DNA of 62,102 nucleotides from Candidatus Ornithospirochaeta sp. (lineage in GTDB: Bacteria; Spirochaetota; Spirochaetia; Sphaerochaetales; Sphaerochaetaceae): the NCBI GenBank assembly GCA_034178685.1, contig JAXFQZ010000179.1, positions 1 to 62,102 on the forward strand, given 5' to 3'. Below the pieces are notes generated by a model. That model saw nothing but the letters and a program-made list of their open reading frames with translations. It did not search any database and had not been told where the DNA came from. Made by a program: the position numbers and the translations under genes. This document shows, in pieces, positions 37,646 through 44,803 of the stretch (its first letter is position 1; each line of letters opens with the position of its first letter).

Positions 37646-38779
37646 TCCGACGAGCTTCGATGCGTTCTGGTAGCTCTCACCGCTGATGATATATGCAAGC
37701 TGGTATCCGAGATCGATGAAGTCAAAGGCCGATATCGTGAACTGGGCGCCTGTGGAGCATAGGAAATCGCTCTGCACAAGCTCTGTATTGAAGAGCTTCC
37801 CTCCGCTGTATCCCATATCGAAGAAGAGATTGATCCTAGGATGGAGGCCCTTGAGGCCGAGCTTGATGCCTGCAAGCCTGATATCGAAGTTGTTGACCAC
37901 CGTGAACTGGGTGTTGTAAGTGTTCTTGGTGAATCCCCTCACCTTCCTTCCCAGCGAGAGAGACGACTGCTCATACTGCGGAACGGCGCTGCCATCTGTC
38001 CAGTTGACGTTCACCCTGTCTATCGCCACGATCGAGAACCAGTTGTTCTTCTCCGTTGCGTAATCGAATAGAGTGCATGCTCCTACTGCATTGAGCGTCA
38101 CCGAGTAGAAATCGGCAAAGCCATCGAGCGCGCTGTTGAGAGCCTTGGGGGCATACCTGAGCTCTAGGTTTGCCCAAAAGCCGTCGTTTGTCATTATAGT
38201 ATCCGACATAGCATCGAGCTTGAGGGATAGCGAGAACGAATTGCCGAGCATCATCCTGCTTCCATGGACATCGGAGAGGATATTGCCATCATCAGGAACG
38301 CCTGCAAGGTATTGATCAAGTGTCCTGATTGCGCCCGGAACGCCATTCTTCCTCGTCTTTCCCACTGCCATTGAGTCGACGTTCTTCTCGAACTTTCCCC
38401 AGTAGCCAGCAGAGAGCGTCAGAAGATCCTTGTCGCCAGCAGGGGAATCAAGGAAGCCCTGATTGAACCTGACTGCCCAGTCTGCGACGATGACATCATA
38501 TACAACGGGATCCTCCTTTATGATTGCGCCTGTGATAGGATCCTGCCAGACCTTCCTCTGGTTGTATCCTGCGCCTACGATCAGGTCGATCTGCGTCTTG
38601 TCGCCCTCGATAAGGGAAGCGCCTTTGTAGCCTGCTCCTGCCATCAGATACGAAGGAAGGAAGCCTCCGAGGATCTCAGGATGCTGTCCGAGGTCCTTGA
38701 ATACGAATGCCCAGTCAGCGGCAAAGAGCGATGAGCAGATTGCCAGAACAAGAAGGACAAGGGTTAGTTTTCTTCTCAT
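37619..38779 (-). CDS. Uncharacterised outer-membrane beta-barrel-like protein (386 aa)
   Basis: Start ATG 38779, with GGAG 6 nt upstream. Signal peptide MRRKLTLVLLVLAICSSLFA. Beta-strand patterning throughout. Ends ...GSFTFFLDF with a terminal Phe. Confidence 0.55.
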   Translation of the reverse strand: MRRKLTLVLLVLAICSSLFAADWAFVFKDLGQHPEILGGFLPSYLMAGAGYKGASLIEGDKTQIDLIVGAGYNQRKVWQDPITGAIIKEDPVVYDVIVADWAVRFNQGFLDSPAGDKDLLTLSAGYWGKFEKNVDSMAVGKTRKNGVPGAIRTLDQYLAGVPDDGNILSDVHGSRMMLGNSFSLSLKLDAMSDTIMTNDGFWANLELRYAPKALNSALDGFADFYSVTLNAVGACTLFDYATEKNNWFSIVAIDRVNVNWTDGSAVPQYEQSSLSLGRKVRGFTKNTYNTQFTVVNNFDIRLAGIKLGLKGLHPRINLFFDMGYSGGKLFNTELVQSDFLCSTGAQFTISAFDFIDLGYQLAYIISGESYQNASKLVGSFTFFLDF

Positions 38780-38870
38780 AGATACTCCATTCAGCCAAAG
38801 CCTGATACGCAATACCCGATTCCTCCATGCAACAGGCATTCCTTGTCCCGTTTTATGTTGAATGCCGGAC

Positions 38871-38899
38871 TTGATGATCTAAGGATTATGTGCTATATT
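38871..38899 (+). promoter_or_regulatory. Candidate promoter of the tRNA gene (TTGATG-N17-TATATT)
   Basis: Exact 17-nt spacing. The -10 ends 10 nt before the mature tRNA 5' end. Confidence 0.5.
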
Positions 38900-38909
38900 C
38901 TCTTAGCAC

Positions 38910-38982
38910 GGGCCTATAGCTCAGCGGTTAGAGCAAAGGACTCATAATCCTTGGGTCGCCGGTTCAAATCCAGCTGGGCCCA
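38910..38982 (+). tRNA. tRNA with anticodon CAT, most like tRNA-Ile2 (lysidine-dependent CAU) rather than elongator tRNA-Met. No encoded CCA.
   Basis: Cloverleaf folded by hand: acceptor GGGCCTA/TGGGCCC, D arm GCTC-AGCGGTTA-GAGC, anticodon arm AAGGA-CTCATAA-TCCTT, variable loop GGGTC, T arm GCCGG-TTCAAAT-CCAGC (one C-A mismatch), discriminator A. Strong resemblance to my recollection of E. coli ileX, including C4-G69 and C5-G68. The isotype call is less certain (about 0.6) than the tRNA call. Confidence 0.9.
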
Positions 38983-38988
38983 CATATC

Positions 38989-39016
38989 TCGAGGAGGAAT
39001 CTCCTCGATTTTTTTT
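38989..39016 (+). terminator. Rho-independent terminator after the tRNA
   Basis: TCGAGGAG-GAAT-CTCCTCGA followed by eight T residues. Confidence 0.8.
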
Positions 39017-39077
39017 GACCTGATTCATCGTATCGCTATTCATGGAGGCAAAGCAAGACTATTTCGCATGTTCTTAA

Positions 39078-39109
39078 TTGACATTATTTCATAATTTGTA
39101 AAAATGTCA
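39078..39109 (+). promoter_or_regulatory. Candidate promoter (TTGACA) overlapped by the inverted repeat TGACATT-N17-AATGTCA, upstream of the Fe-ADH gene
   Basis: Perfect 7-bp arms read directly. The -10 is weak (TAAAAA/AAAAAT). The repeat ends 17 nt before the ADH ATG. Confidence 0.35.
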
Positions 39110-39125
39110 TCTATAGAGGTCCGTC

Positions 39126-40325
39126 ATGAATATAGCCAAGAAAGCCTACTCAAGGATATTCCAGACAGCAATGCGCATCGCAATCCCCTTCCTTCCATAC
39201 AGACGCCCTGTCATACTCGACTCAGTCGATGATGTAAGCACTGTCCTGAAGAAGAATGGGGTCAGAAGGGTCCTGATCGTTACAGACAGGAACATCAGGA
39301 AGAACGGGCTCACAGCACCGCTTGAGAAAAGCCTGGATGAAAGCAATATCGCATTCACTGTATATGACGGCACTATGCCCAATCCAACATCGGGCAATAT
39401 CGCAGAGGCGCTCGATGGCTACAGGACCTCTGGAGCAGAGGCGCTGATCGGATTCGGAGGCGGATCCTCGATAGATGCAGCGAAGGCAGTAGGCGCATGC
39501 ATCGCAAGACCGGGGAAGAAGCTTGAAAGAATGAGCGGGATACTCAGGATACGCAGAAGGATCCCGCTGCTCTTCGCGATCCCGACAACGGCAGGAACGG
39601 GATCGGAGACTACTCTTGCGTCAATCGTAACAGACAGCGAGACAAGGCATAAGTACCCCATAAACGACTTCCCGCTGATCCCTAGGTATGCAGTGCTGGA
39701 TCCTGAGCTGACAGTATCGCTTCCTCCATCGCTGACAGCATCCACAGGGCTCGATGCGCTCACGCATGCCATAGAGGCATACATCGGACGCTCTACCACA
39801 AAGGAGACCAGGCAGGAAGCAAGGACAGCAGTCAGGCTGATCTTCTCGAACCTATGCGCTGCATACAGGGACGGCAGCGATATCGAGGCAAGGAGGAACA
39901 TGCTCGAGGCCGCATTCCGCGCAGGAAGGGCCTTCACAATATCATATGTCGGATACATACATGCCGTTGCGCACTCGCTTGGCGGCAAGTACGACATCCA
40001 GCACGGGAAGGCAAATGCAGTGCTTCTCCCTAAGGTCCTGGAGTTCTATGGAGATTCATGCACGCGTAAGCTTGCAGAGCTTGCCTCTGAAGTCGGAATA
40101 GAGGGAAGCGAGAAGGAGAGAGCAGAGGCATTCATCTCCAGGATCAGGGAAATGAACAGGATGATGGGAATCCCCGAGTGCTTTCCGGAGCTCAGGGAGG
40201 AGGACATCAATGAGCTTGCAAGGTATGCGGACAAGGAAGCGAACCCGCTGTATCCGGTCCCGATCCTGATGGATGCAAAGGAGCTTGGAAAGCTGTACAG
40301 GCTTGTCCTCGGCAATGAAGGCTGA
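39126..40325 (+). CDS. Iron-containing (group III) alcohol dehydrogenase
   Basis: 399 aa. GFGGGSSIDAAKA, PTTAGTGSE, and the metal-binding His motifs LTHAIEAY and HAVAHSLGG. Confidence 0.9.
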   Translation: MNIAKKAYSRIFQTAMRIAIPFLPYRRPVILDSVDDVSTVLKKNGVRRVLIVTDRNIRKNGLTAPLEKSLDESNIAFTVYDGTMPNPTSGNIAEALDGYRTSGAEALIGFGGGSSIDAAKAVGACIARPGKKLERMSGILRIRRRIPLLFAIPTTAGTGSETTLASIVTDSETRHKYPINDFPLIPRYAVLDPELTVSLPPSLTASTGLDALTHAIEAYIGRSTTKETRQEARTAVRLIFSNLCAAYRDGSDIEARRNMLEAAFRAGRAFTISYVGYIHAVAHSLGGKYDIQHGKANAVLLPKVLEFYGDSCTRKLAELASEVGIEGSEKERAEAFISRIREMNRMMGIPECFPELREEDINELARYADKEANPLYPVPILMDAKELGKLYRLVLGNEG

Positions 40326-40374
40326 AGACATACGATTTCTGGCAAATAGGGCGCTTTGGCATTATAATCGCTCT

Positions 40375-40902
40375 ATGGACAGGAATAATACATGGAAGAT
40401 AGCCATAATCGTTCTAGTGCTTCTCTCAGTACTAGGGGTCTTCGTGATGAAGAAAAGCCCATCCTCGCTTGGCCTGGCGGAAATCCAGAAGGCAATCGAT
40501 GAAAGCAAAGGCAGCATCAATGCGGATACCTTCTCCCCTGAATACGTAGCCTCGCTTGGAAAGCCTGCCATATTCGTATTCGGGGAGAGCTGGTGCCAGC
40601 CATGCCTATCGATGATCCCGTCGCTTGAGGAGCTTTCAAGGGAGCAGAGCAGCGTCGTTATAGAATACGTCGACCTCGAGAAGGTTCCTGAGGCACTCTC
40701 ATACATCCCCATCTCGGCAACACCTACCATCGCTTATTACCTTGAGGGCGGCAAGCCATACATGCCCTCCGATCTCATCCCTGTCGATTTCATACAATAC
40801 GCTGACAGGGAGACAGGGGAAGCTGTGCTGACGCTCTCGATAGGAGCAATCGGCAAGGATATGCTTTCCATGATCATAGAGGACCTATCAGATGCCCGAT
40901 AG
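40375..40902 (+). CDS. Membrane-anchored thioredoxin-like (TlpA/ResA-like) protein
   Basis: N-terminal TM (WKIAIIVLVLLSVLGVFVM) and Trx fold with active site WCQPC. The start is uncertain. ATG 40375 has no SD but lies 7 nt after a TATAAT. An alternative ATG at 40315 overlaps the ADH stop. Confidence 0.7.
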   Translation: MDRNNTWKIAIIVLVLLSVLGVFVMKKSPSSLGLAEIQKAIDESKGSINADTFSPEYVASLGKPAIFVFGESWCQPCLSMIPSLEELSREQSSVVIEYVDLEKVPEALSYIPISATPTIAYYLEGGKPYMPSDLIPVDFIQYADRETGEAVLTLSIGAIGKDMLSMIIEDLSDAR

Positions 40903-41569
40903 CATGCTCTCGCCGCTAGCTGCATCGCTTGCAGCCTCAGGATGGGAAGCATTCGCATTGGCATTCGCGGCAGGAATCGCCGCATCCCTGACGCCATGCT
41001 CCTTATCGACGCTTCCTCTTGTAATCGGCTATGTCTCAGGCTCCGATGGGCCTGCCTTCAGGCTTTCCCTTGCATACGCATCGGGATCTGCAGTCACATT
41101 CACCATCCTGGGGATAGCAGCATCAGCGCTAGGAAGGATGATAGGAGTGCAGTCACGCATCTATTACATCATCCTAGGCGCTTTCATGCTTTTCTTCGCG
41201 CTCCAGATGTGGCATGTCATATCACTGCCTGGCTCAAGGCTCCAGGGGCTGAACAGGAAGAGAGGATACATAGGCGCGCTTTCTGCAGGAGTGCTGTCAG
41301 GGATCTTCTCATCGCCTTGCACAACGCCGATGCTTGCTTCGATCCTCACGCTTGCTATAACAGGAAGGGACACAGCAAGAGGCGCTATCATGCTTCTGCT
41401 GTATTCAGCAGGCAATACAGCGCTCTCGATAGCCGCAGGAACATCCTCGTCATTCGTCAGGAAACTGGCCAGAAGCGGGAGGATGCATGCCCTCTCTCGC
41501 TTCCTGGAGATCCTCCTGGGAGGACTGGCATTCCTCCTGGGCCTCTACATGCTTTACCTGGGATTCTAG
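40892..41569 (+). CDS. ccdA: Cytochrome c biogenesis/thiol-disulfide transfer membrane protein CcdA (DsbD transmembrane-domain family)
   Basis: 225 aa and 6 TM helices, with the two conserved Cys-Pro contexts LTPCSLSTLPL and SSPCTTPML. Overlaps the Trx-like gene by 11 nt. Confidence 0.85.
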   Translation: MPDSMLSPLAASLAASGWEAFALAFAAGIAASLTPCSLSTLPLVIGYVSGSDGPAFRLSLAYASGSAVTFTILGIAASALGRMIGVQSRIYYIILGAFMLFFALQMWHVISLPGSRLQGLNRKRGYIGALSAGVLSGIFSSPCTTPMLASILTLAITGRDTARGAIMLLLYSAGNTALSIAAGTSSSFVRKLARSGRMHALSRFLEILLGGLAFLLGLYMLYLGF

Positions 41570-42018
41570 ATCTCAACAGGCTCCTCTATGGCATCCAGGC
41601 TGTCAAGAAGGGCATCCATCATCGTGTCAATAACGGCATCCTCCCTGATAACGCCCCTGTATATGCCAAGATCCTCCTTGATGCCATTGCCGTAGAGCAC
41701 AAGATGCGGCTCTGCATAGAAGAGCTTCGTATTGTAATCGCTCTGCAGCGAGCGGAGGCTCTCGTTGAGCTTCTTCGACAGCGCTCTGAGGTCAAGCGCC
41801 TCGATGGAGCATGCGAAGATGTACTTGCCGCTATGATGGGCAGTCATGGCATATGCCGACGCAACCATGGCATCGCTGCCATAGAGCGATGGCATTCTAT
41901 GGAACCTGACCTCTATCTCTCCGACCATGTACTTCCTGATCACTGCAGAATCTGCCTCGGGAAGAGTCGGGAACTCATGCCAGTCCAGAGGCTGGCAGCT
42001 GCTTATGTCTACTATCAT
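41566..42018 (-). CDS. Hypothetical cytoplasmic protein (150 aa), no recognisable motif
   Basis: ATGA overlap with the upstream YihY-family gene. Acidic C-terminus. I recognise no family. Confidence 0.5.
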   Translation of the reverse strand: MIVDISSCQPLDWHEFPTLPEADSAVIRKYMVGEIEVRFHRMPSLYGSDAMVASAYAMTAHHSGKYIFACSIEALDLRALSKKLNESLRSLQSDYNTKLFYAEPHLVLYGNGIKEDLGIYRGVIREDAVIDTMMDALLDSLDAIEEPVEI

Positions 42019-43289
42019 ATCCTCTCCAGAAGGTTCTCGACTGTAAGATCGCTGAATGCCTGGTTTCCCTTGAGGCAGAATTCAGCCGCTACAGCCTCGC
42101 CTATTGTCTCTATATCCCTGGAATCCTCGGGAAGGCTTCCGAAAAGAACCTCCACGATATCCACTATCCTTATCTTATCAAGCGGCCTTGATGGCGCGAA
42201 TGAGGTGCGCTGCGTATTCGTGGACATGACGAATCCGGCATCCTCAAGCTCATTGAGGTACGAGTATACCCTCACAGAAGGAATGGCAAGGCGCCTTGTC
42301 AGCTCCTTGATGCTCACAGGCCCATTCCCCCTGCTGAAGCTGTCTGCGACCATCAGCGTGAGGTTGAGTGATTCCGATATCACGCTGAAAGGCGACTGCG
42401 GACGCCCAAGGAGCATTCCCTTATCAGGGCGGAACTGATGGACGAAGACTATCTCACCGGCAACGATGACTATGTACCAGCATATGTACATGTACAGGAG
42501 CATGAAGAACAGGGATGCCATCGAGCCGTAGATCACTGAGTATCCCACCGAGAAGGAGACAACGAACCTGAACACCCACGTCAGGAATGCTGTTGCCAAT
42601 GCCCCTACTGCCGCTCCCAGGCATGCAGACGAGGGATGGACCTTCACATTAGGCACATAGAGGTACATGAGGAAGAACATCAGGAATACTGCCAGCATTC
42701 CAAGAAGCCCCTTTGCAGCCTGCTTGAGCACGCTGTTCCTCTGTATCAGAGTGAGCTTCACCAGGATCGCATTAAGCGAGCTCTGTATAGCAAGCGCCAT
42801 TACAACCAATAGCGCAATGACTATAAGGAAGGTAAGGAAGGCAGTGAACCTCTTCACCGTTCCCGTCCTAGGCCTGGTGCGGAACACCTGGTTGAGAACC
42901 AGATAGACCTTGTTCACAAGCAGTATGCCTGTGAAGATGAATGATATGAGGCCGAACACGCCAAGCGACATCGCATTCGATGAGAGGCGCGAGAGCGTAT
43001 CTACGATCTCTCTCCCGACCTCGATGCCGAACATCTCGGTAAAGACATCGCTGATAGCGGAAAGGAAGTTCTGAAGCACCCCGAACGTCGTGAGGAATGC
43101 AAAGAGGAACGTAATGCATGGGATTATGGCAATCAGCGTCGAGTAGACCATGCCCGACGCCATTATGTTCACATTGTCCCTTCCTACTATCCTGAATGAT
43201 GAGGAGAGAACCTTCCCGGAGTCCTTTGCCCATAGCCCTAGCCTGGCAATGATGCTGGCCTTATCGTATCCGGGATCACCTTCCGTCAT
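42015..43289 (-). CDS. YihY/BrkB-family membrane protein fused to a C-terminal Rrf2-like winged-helix domain
   Basis: 424 aa. About 6 TM helices with YihY-like patterning (...SGMVYSTLIAIIPC...). The C-terminal about 130 aa read GPVSIKELTRRLAIPSVRVYSYLNELEDAGFVMST...IRIVDIVEVLFG, an Rrf2-type wHTH pattern. Confidence 0.8.
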   Translation of the reverse strand: MTEGDPGYDKASIIARLGLWAKDSGKVLSSSFRIVGRDNVNIMASGMVYSTLIAIIPCITFLFAFLTTFGVLQNFLSAISDVFTEMFGIEVGREIVDTLSRLSSNAMSLGVFGLISFIFTGILLVNKVYLVLNQVFRTRPRTGTVKRFTAFLTFLIVIALLVVMALAIQSSLNAILVKLTLIQRNSVLKQAAKGLLGMLAVFLMFFLMYLYVPNVKVHPSSACLGAAVGALATAFLTWVFRFVVSFSVGYSVIYGSMASLFFMLLYMYICWYIVIVAGEIVFVHQFRPDKGMLLGRPQSPFSVISESLNLTLMVADSFSRGNGPVSIKELTRRLAIPSVRVYSYLNELEDAGFVMSTNTQRTSFAPSRPLDKIRIVDIVEVLFGSLPEDSRDIETIGEAVAAEFCLKGNQAFSDLTVENLLERI

Positions 43290-44205
43290 AGTCCCTCATC
43301 ATCTCGCTGTAGAAATCAGCTATATCCCTGGTAACCTCATCCCTGTTTGTCTCGTTGAGGATCTCATGCCTTCCGCCCTCGTACAGCTTGATGCGCACAT
43401 CGCGTATCCCTGCCTTCCTATAAAGCGAATAGACCTTCTCTACTCCCTTTGAGTAGCCTCCGACAGGATCCATGCTTCCTGAGATGAAGAGAATCGGCAG
43501 GTTCTTCCTGATATTCGCTATCCTGTTCCTGTCGTTTGCCTTATTCGAGAGATCGATCAGGTCGGCATAGAAGGAGGCTGAGCATACGAAGCCGCAGAAC
43601 GGATCCTCCTCATACTTCCTGACCTCCTCCTTGTCCCTTGAGAGCCAGGCGAATCTGCTCTCCTCATCCCTGAAGGGCTTTGAGTATGCGGAGAATGCAA
43701 GCTTATCCATATCCTGGTCAGGCATCCTGGAGCCCCACTTCCTGGCATGCATGAGCGCGATCCTCCTGCCTATCTTCCCTATTATCCCCTGATAGGCTCC
43801 AGTTCCGCATATCACAGCGGCATCGAATGCCTCCGAGTGCTCCGATAGAACTATCCTCGTGATGAACGAGCCCATCGAATGGCCGAAGATGAAATGGGGA
43901 ATCAGAGGATGGTCCTGTGATATCCTCTTATCGACCTCCCAGCTGTCGCGGCACACGACGGAGCTTCCGTCGCTCTCGGCAAACCAGCCCTTCTCATCCT
44001 CCTCCTTCGTGAGTCCGTGTCCTCTATGATCCTGGCAGTAGACAGAAAAGCCGAGCCTGTTCATATCAAGAGCAAAGCGCTCATAGCGCAGGCTGTGCTC
44101 TGCCATCCCGTGGTTTATATGCAAAGTGGCCTTTGGTTCGCTGACAGGCCATACCCTATAGAACAGCTTGTGTCCATCTTCCATAGCAAGGTATCTTTCT
44201 TCCAT
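43276..44205 (-). CDS. Alpha/beta hydrolase (lysophospholipase / monoacylglycerol lipase-like)
   Basis: 309 aa. HGMAEHSLRY, nucleophile elbow GHSMGS, and a C-terminal Asp/His region (GSMDPV, GGRHE). Confidence 0.85.
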   Translation of the reverse strand: MEERYLAMEDGHKLFYRVWPVSEPKATLHINHGMAEHSLRYERFALDMNRLGFSVYCQDHRGHGLTKEEDEKGWFAESDGSSVVCRDSWEVDKRISQDHPLIPHFIFGHSMGSFITRIVLSEHSEAFDAAVICGTGAYQGIIGKIGRRIALMHARKWGSRMPDQDMDKLAFSAYSKPFRDEESRFAWLSRDKEEVRKYEEDPFCGFVCSASFYADLIDLSNKANDRNRIANIRKNLPILFISGSMDPVGGYSKGVEKVYSLYRKAGIRDVRIKLYEGGRHEILNETNRDEVTRDIADFYSEMMRDYDGR

Positions 44206-44287
44206 TCCAAAGTCCTTTCCGATATTGTTTCGATATTGTAATTTATTGCAGGAATATTAGCAAACCATAATACTAGTATACATACAC

Positions 44288-44803
44288 ATGGAGATAAAGG
44301 AAATGTATCTTATGGTATCTGACATACATGGGGAAGAAGAGGGAGCGGAGCTTGTGAAGAGGGCCGCCAGGCACTTCGGAGCAGAGGGAATACTCTCAGC
44401 AGGCGACCAGTGCCCGGATCCATCGGATCAGGCATTCTACTCATCGCTGATCTCCGTAAGAGGAAACTGCGACAGGTTCTATGAATACGGGGCTGTTCCA
44501 TTCCCTCCGCGCGTGAGATCCATCGATCTTCTTGGGCATAGGATCGAGATCACGCATGGCGATCTTCTTTCCCTCGATGACTTCGACCTGGGAAAAGGAA
44601 GCATATTCCTCCATGGGCACACACATGTCCCGATGCTTGAGGAAATAAACGGGATCTACTCTGTCAATCCCGGATCGCCTTCGCGTCCGCGCTCCTCAGA
44701 GGGCCCGACTGCAGTGCTCTTCTCGGAGGATGGCCTTGTTCTCTTCTCGCTTCTTGACTTCAGCCATCTCAGAAGCCTCTCCTTCTCTTCCTCGAAGCCC
44801 TGA
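44288..44803 (+). CDS. YfcE/MJ0936-type metallophosphoesterase
   Basis: VSDIHG, SAGDQ, RGNCD, THGD, HGHTHVP and NPGSPSRPR motifs. The real start may be ATG 44303 or 44312. Confidence 0.8.
   Translation: MEIKEMYLMVSDIHGEEEGAELVKRAARHFGAEGILSAGDQCPDPSDQAFYSSLISVRGNCDRFYEYGAVPFPPRVRSIDLLGHRIEITHGDLLSLDDFDLGKGSIFLHGHTHVPMLEEINGIYSVNPGSPSRPRSSEGPTAVLFSEDGLVLFSLLDFSHLRSLSFSSSKP

Noticed and set aside
40942-42438. A 498-aa plus-strand ORF, the longest unexplained ORF in the track. It spans ccdA (alternate frame), the 150-aa orphan (antisense) and the 3' part of the YihY gene (antisense).
   Set aside because: Its translation is Arg/Ser/Leu/His-rich low-complexity sequence with no motif, no SD and no sensible start context. 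It overlaps three ORFs with clear family signatures or coupling signals. Long stop-free alternate or antisense frames are recurrent in this window, which looks like a codon-bias artefact.
38983-44205. The possibility that the genes downstream of the tRNA (ADH, Trx/CcdA, YihY fusion, hydrolase) form a tRNA-integrated genomic island.
   Set aside because: There is no integrase or recombinase. I noticed no repeated copy of the tRNA 3' end, no obvious compositional shift, and the genes look metabolic or housekeeping.
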